DNA of 64,000 nucleotides from Entomortierella parvispora E1425 (lineage: Eukaryota > Fungi > Mortierellomycota): positions 1,116,001-1,180,000 of the forward strand of contig BQFW01000007.1 in the NCBI GenBank assembly GCA_020891255.1, read 5' to 3'. The translations under genes were made by a program, and so were the position numbers. Of the stretch, positions 59,007 to 64,000 are shown in pieces. Position 1 is the stretch's first letter. Each line of letters begins with the position of its first letter. The notes under the pieces were generated by a model. That model ran no database searches. It was not told the origin of the DNA and saw only the letters and a list, made by a program, of their open reading frames with translations.

Positions 59007-60118
59007 TGCGATTGAGCTCTTTGGCTAAGTAAAGATTAGAATGAGTCTGCTGTTGAACCAGACTCAATAAAAGAAAGATGGTGGTGGGTCGGCCGTGAGG
59101 TACAGACAAAGTAAGTGAAAGAGGGCAAAAGATACGTGGAATGGTCGGGTAGGGACAAAAAAAGAGGGGAGAAAGGGGTCAGTCAGCTGCAACGGTCCGT
59201 GGGGTGTACCAGGGGAACAATGTAGCAAGAACAGGGGTTTAAATGAAAGGAAGACAGAATGAATGTGAGAAAAGAAAGAAAGAGAAGGAAGGAAGAGGAA
59301 ATGGACACGGGGCAGGTGAGGAATGAGTGAGTGCCCTTGACGTGAATTCTCTTCATGCATGCGACCCACCAACCAACCAACCACAGAAACAAAAACCTGT
59401 CCTGTGTGGAGCAACGTGAAAGTCGACTGCGTCATTTTTGCAGATGGGCAGTTGCTAGTCTCAGCCCGTCCACCGATTCAACCTGCACCCGGAAACCTGT
59501 TCTGTGTAACCACCATTCCTCTTTGCGACGATCTACAACAGACCTGCCAGACGCGATCTCCCTGTTCTTGTTGTTATTTTCCTCCCTCTTGCTACCTGGC
59601 TCTTGGGCGCGCACTGCCAGTCGTCGATGTCGTGTCGTCACTGTCAGTGTACCCAGAGAACACGCCACCTTGCTGAAAATTCCGTGTGTGCATTGGTGGG
59701 TGACGTTTTAAACTCCAGGCGAATTTGGCGGCAATCCTTGAGGAACAACCTTCCAGTGAGTGCAGTGGCATGTTATCTGGATCTAAAATTGACTCTATTG
59801 GGTGCCCTTTCTGGGCCATGCACAGCTTCCTCAACATCCACCGCACCTCTCAATGTCTACTAGAGCTTTCGATGCCAGTGAATTTTCGTTGTCGTTAGTA
59901 CCCGTGCCAGTGTATCCTATGTATCCAGTACGCGACTACTCCCTTCCTAGAAGTCCCAAACTCTGCCCACTGCTAATAGTGTCGAGCAGATGCATCCACT
60001 TTCAACACGCTTATCCACTTGTCAGAAGAGATTTTAGGATATAACTCGTGCATGGGCACGCTCTTCTCCAAATCAGTTTTATTTGCCTCCAAAAAATAGA
60101 GTCTCAATCCGTGCTTGT

Positions 60119-62342
60119 CTACGCCACGACCATGGCTGTGGATGGCTGCCCATTCACGCGGGGGTCGCGTGTCGACGATGACGATGATGATGACGAAGGT
60201 GCATAGAGCTGACTAGCCCGATGGAACGCGTTCTGGATGAACTTGCTAGATCGCCGACGGCCCGTGGTTAGGATCCCTCCTTCTGCTGCTGCTGCTACTT
60301 CCTTTTGCTGCTGCTCCTTCTTTCGCAAACGTTGTTGTTCTCGATAGTCATCTAAATAACTGTTTTTGCCGCCAGCACCAGAGTCCCCCTTCTTATCCTT
60401 GGATGCTCGCACAGCCATGTCTGGATCAAGGTGCCCCACAGTTGGATGTTGCTGTGAGAGTTCTCGCTGTGCTTCTTGGCCTAAAACGTAAGGCATACCA
60501 CTGGCCGTACCATTGGATGGCTGATGACGATGACGGAACACTCTTGATGGTGGAGTCACGTCGTCATTATGTCTGTCGTCGTCATCGTCGTCCAGGGGAC
60601 CACCCTGGGAGATAGGAAGACTGACAATCAACCGCTCAGAAAAATCCAGCGACTGTCGCCCACGGCGTTCATTTTCGAAAGTGATGGCATCCTGTCCGTT
60701 GCCGTCGTTATCGAATGTCCTGTTGCCTCTTTGCACGGTGGCACCTTCAAATACGGCTGCACCATTTCGAGCAGATGGTCGAACAAGCTCCTCATTTGAA
60801 TGCGAGGCTGCACTTCCAGCCGCTAGAGCCACTGCGCGCCTCGAGGCATATCGGTCAAATCCGGCAACTGGACTGGTTGGCGTCAAAGGAGGTTGATAGG
60901 AAATCTCGACGGGAAGAGCTCCAGAGCTTCCTGAGGTCATAGATGTAGTCGAGGCTGTATTCGAATGCAAAAGAGTTATTGGCTCTGAAAGGATATTCAT
61001 GGTATATCTGTTGGCTGGGGCACTGGGTGAAGGCGAGGCTTTCAGAGATTGTCGGAGGACAACACGAGGGTTGTAAGAGTCTTCGCTTTTTCTTTGACGG
61101 AGATATTCCTGTGCCTTAGACCAGTCCTTGGGAGGCGCAGGGGAACCATCGTTGCTGGTGGTCAGTCCCTTTTCGTCCTCATCTATGGCTGTGCTGCTGG
61201 TCGCCTCGAGGATGTTTAGGCTAGCAGTACTGTTGTTGTTGGTCTTGAAGGGATCCATGAGAATCATACTGGGGCTGTTGGGGTTGATCGATGGAAGCGC
61301 TGGGGCGGTATTTCTCAGAACGGGCGATGATTCGGTAGTAGAGGGGCTTTCGTTCCCGTAAAAAGGATTGAGGTGGCGATATTTTTCTGCTAGGAAAGGC
61401 TCTTGATCCATGGACATCTTTGCATGACCCCCTTCGACGCCACCAACGGATTGGGAGGGTCCAACATGGGTGAGGATACTCTGTCGGTTTGCATAGGCCT
61501 GCGTGACGTGCGCCATGGAGTTCCTAGGATTACTGCTCCCCAAGGATCCAATGCCTGCACCTGAAAGTACCGATCGACTCCCTGTCGGTGTTGGGTAAGA
61601 ATGGATGCTACTATCGTTGCTATAGGCAAAGATGGCTGTGGTTTCTGGAACAGGGGTGTTGGATCTAGAGTATCCGTGTCCCACTCCCGACCCTGCACTG
61701 TCATCTTCGGATGCATTTCCGCCGTTTCCTATTTCTAGTCAAGTTGAGGGGAGAGAGGAATAAAAAAAGACAGAAGAGAGAAAGCAGGGATCAGTCAGGC
61801 GTTCTTGAGCTCAGTTACTGCCATTTTTTTTTTCGGTTTTTATGAATAGGGAACGCACCCTCTGCAAGTAAACCATTGCTCGAAACGAGAGAGTTGAACG
61901 AGAGAGGTCCGGTGGAATTCTTTTGCTGCTGCTTTTCGGGATCGTGAATCATGACCACGACAGTCTTCGGGCCGTCGCCATCAATATCAGATGCTGGGGG
62001 CAATTGCTTCTCCTTTTCCTTCTCCTCCTTTTCCTTCTCCTTCTGTTCCTCTGCAGATTTATTCTTGCGCGAAATGTAGTAGGCTGCAACAAAGGCTATC
62101 AGGACCAAAACACCGATGACGATGCCGAGGGCAATGAGTACTGTTTGAATGGTTGAATTGACCTCGATTTGAGGAGTGCCGCCACCGCCATCGCTGCTTC
62201 CAACGCCCGCGGGTGGCGAGAACTGTGAGGGATCGCCGGCACTGGGGTCAACAAGAGTTGGAGGGATATCGTCTGGAAAGATGGTCCCTGGGATAATGGA
62301 AGACACATCTGGAGGAACTGAGGTCGGTGTTGGTGATGCCAT
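60119..62342 (-). CDS. Orphan single-pass membrane protein (short Pro/Ser/Thr-rich N-terminus, one TM helix, long disordered cytosolic tail)
   Basis: An intron at 61858-61729 (GTGCGT...TAG) joins the 184-aa and 521-aa ORFs in frame. TM helix VLIALGIVIGVLVLIAFVAAYYI is followed by basic SRKNK. No recognised family motif. Confidence 0.7.
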
Positions 62343-63439
62343 GGTGTGTATGTTTGTATAGGTAGGCAATATTAGGGTAAATGTCGTTTGGATGTTGAGT
62401 AGTTCAATTAGTGAAAATGTAACGGTGTTTTGATAGGCGTTACCAGGAAGGAAAAAAAAAAGAAAAGTAGAAAGAAGACAACCAGGATATCAACTTCACT
62501 CGCTCGCCCTGAAGAGTGTACCTGGCTATGCACGCAAGGGAAACGAGAAAAAGGAAAGAAGCATCAAGACAAAGAGGACGTGGTCAGTTCAAGAGCCATG
62601 ATAGGTGAAAACGAATGGTCTCTTCAGGATCCCATGGCGTCTACTTTTTTTTTAGCGGTTATCTTTTTTTTATCCTCGACCCAAAAACTCGCACCACCTC
62701 GGAAAGGAGAGGGAGGGAGGCAGATAGAGGATGAAAGGGGGACAACCAGAACGGATGGTAGGCTGAAGGAGATGTAGGAGGAGGAAGGGATAGTACAGAA
62801 AGGGGGACCAAAAGAGAACGGGGGGTGGAGATGCCAGCCGACATTTCGGGATAAGCAGACCAGAGCGCGGAGGCATGAAGTTTGCACTTGCCTGAACGGC
62901 ATCTTCGCTCAACTTTACGCGTTGAGGTGCAACAGAATTGTGACAGCATCCATTGACGGACATAGCGCACGGTGGTGAATCAGGGCTGTTTGTGGCACAT
63001 TTGGCCATTTTGAGTGTTCCGATGTGCAATTGCAAACACTGCAGGAAGGGCTGTTTCGATCAAGATTGAAAGTCAATCCGTGTGAGAAAGAAAGAGAGCA
63101 GAAGAGCAAAAGAACAATGGCCGCGGACACAAAGAGACAGACAGAGAGACAGCGTGAGCGTGTGCACTGTCTGTGGTTCACAGAAAGAGAGTGCACCCTG
63201 TCGATCTCTGCTCTTTCTTGCTCTTGCTTCTTTTGCTCTTGCTCTCTCGCTCTCTTTCAGATCAACGCATGGCCCGCTCGCTCGCTCGCTCTCTCCGCCA
63301 CCAACCGAGTCTCTTTCTCTATTCTCTCTCAGCCTCCACCATGCCATACCGCACCACACCACACCACACCACCCACCCAAAGAAAGCAGTCCGAAGTGCT
63401 CCTTTCCTCCCGTCTGCAGCCAACCCAAGGCCAAAAAAA

Positions 63440-64000
63440 AAAAAAAAAAAAAAAAAGTCAGAGCACAGTTCCTGTGTCATCATCGTCTCTTCCCTCTCCG
63501 TTCTGATCAAACTCTCCGCCCTCTCTCACACCCCCCTTCTCTCTTTCCCTCGCATCGTAACGCATCCCTTCTCCCTCCCTCTCCTTCCGTCTCTGTGCCT
63601 CTGCCAATCAACTCTAAAGGAGATTTCCGTCTGTCCGTTCGCGCTCTGTCTTTGTCCTCTCGTCTGTCCTCTGTTTGTCATCCGACCGCCCCTCCCTCCG
63701 TCCCTGTTTCTCACTCGCTCGCTCTCTGTCTCTCCCTCTCTCTTCAAGTAAGTGTGCATGGCAAAATTAGACTTTTATTTTATCTCCTCCTGTTGCGAGA
63801 TCGCTGTCTGTCCGTCCCTGTCTCTCGGAAGCCGATCGATCGGGCAGCGATCGCACGTACATACACAGAGTGTGGGAGACTCGTGCATGCCGCCCTCCCC
63901 TTCTTTGTCTGCCCATCATGTCCCGTCGGAAGGGGAATAGGGATGGACGTCTTGTGCACGCACACCTCTGAGTCCTGCCCTGATTCTTGACTTTGTTTGT
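63440..64000 (+). other. Probable 5' leader (with 5'UTR intron donor) of a plus-strand gene continuing beyond the window
   Basis: Pyrimidine-rich tract like the leaders of other genes here, followed by a consensus donor GTAAGT near 63748. No coding exon is visible. Confidence 0.35.

Noticed and set aside
63082-63990. 302-aa and overlapping 192-aa ORFs
   Set aside because: Low-complexity CT/GA-rich and poly-A sequence that lacks stops by composition. No protein-like motifs.
1-64000. tRNA, rRNA, CRISPR, transposon, telomeric repeats and TPP riboswitch
   Set aside because: No T-loop/cloverleaf, repeat-spacer array, transposase/RT motifs, terminal repeats or riboswitch core were recognised by eye. 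tRNAscan-SE, Infernal and RepeatMasker would be needed to exclude them.

Overview
Eukaryotic, intron-rich fungal genomic DNA with GT-AG introns, CTAAC-type branch points and pyrimidine-rich 5' leaders. It is most likely from Mortierellaceae (Mucoromycota), because the elongase at 38.4 kb is recognisably a MAELO-type protein. I reconstructed 19 protein-coding genes by splicing the ORF track by eye: ASNSD1-like (5'-truncated), a thioredoxin-like ferredoxin/adrenodoxin fusion, ATG22, DUG3, kinesin-6, a TlpA-like thioredoxin, a giant USP34-like deubiquitinase, a copine, an ELO elongase, an LEA_2-like membrane protein, AP-2 alpha adaptin, an SDR, HSP10, MRP17, RPN6, RPN7, YDJ1, TVP38-like and an orphan single-pass membrane protein. 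I saw no tRNA, rRNA, transposon or CRISPR array. The most unusual item is the predicted mitochondrial protein at 2372-4084. It joins an Apd1/Aim32-type bis-His [2Fe-2S] domain to an adrenodoxin-type [2Fe-2S] domain, with a stop-free 93-nt intron inside the adrenodoxin Cys motif. Also notable are the head-to-head RPN6/RPN7 pair with a 12-bp palindrome at its midpoint, a GC-AG intron in RPN6, and 17- and 18-nt microexons in ATG22 and DUG3. Family calls rest on remembered motifs, not database searches. Most short ORFs in the supplied track are shadow or low-complexity ORFs.
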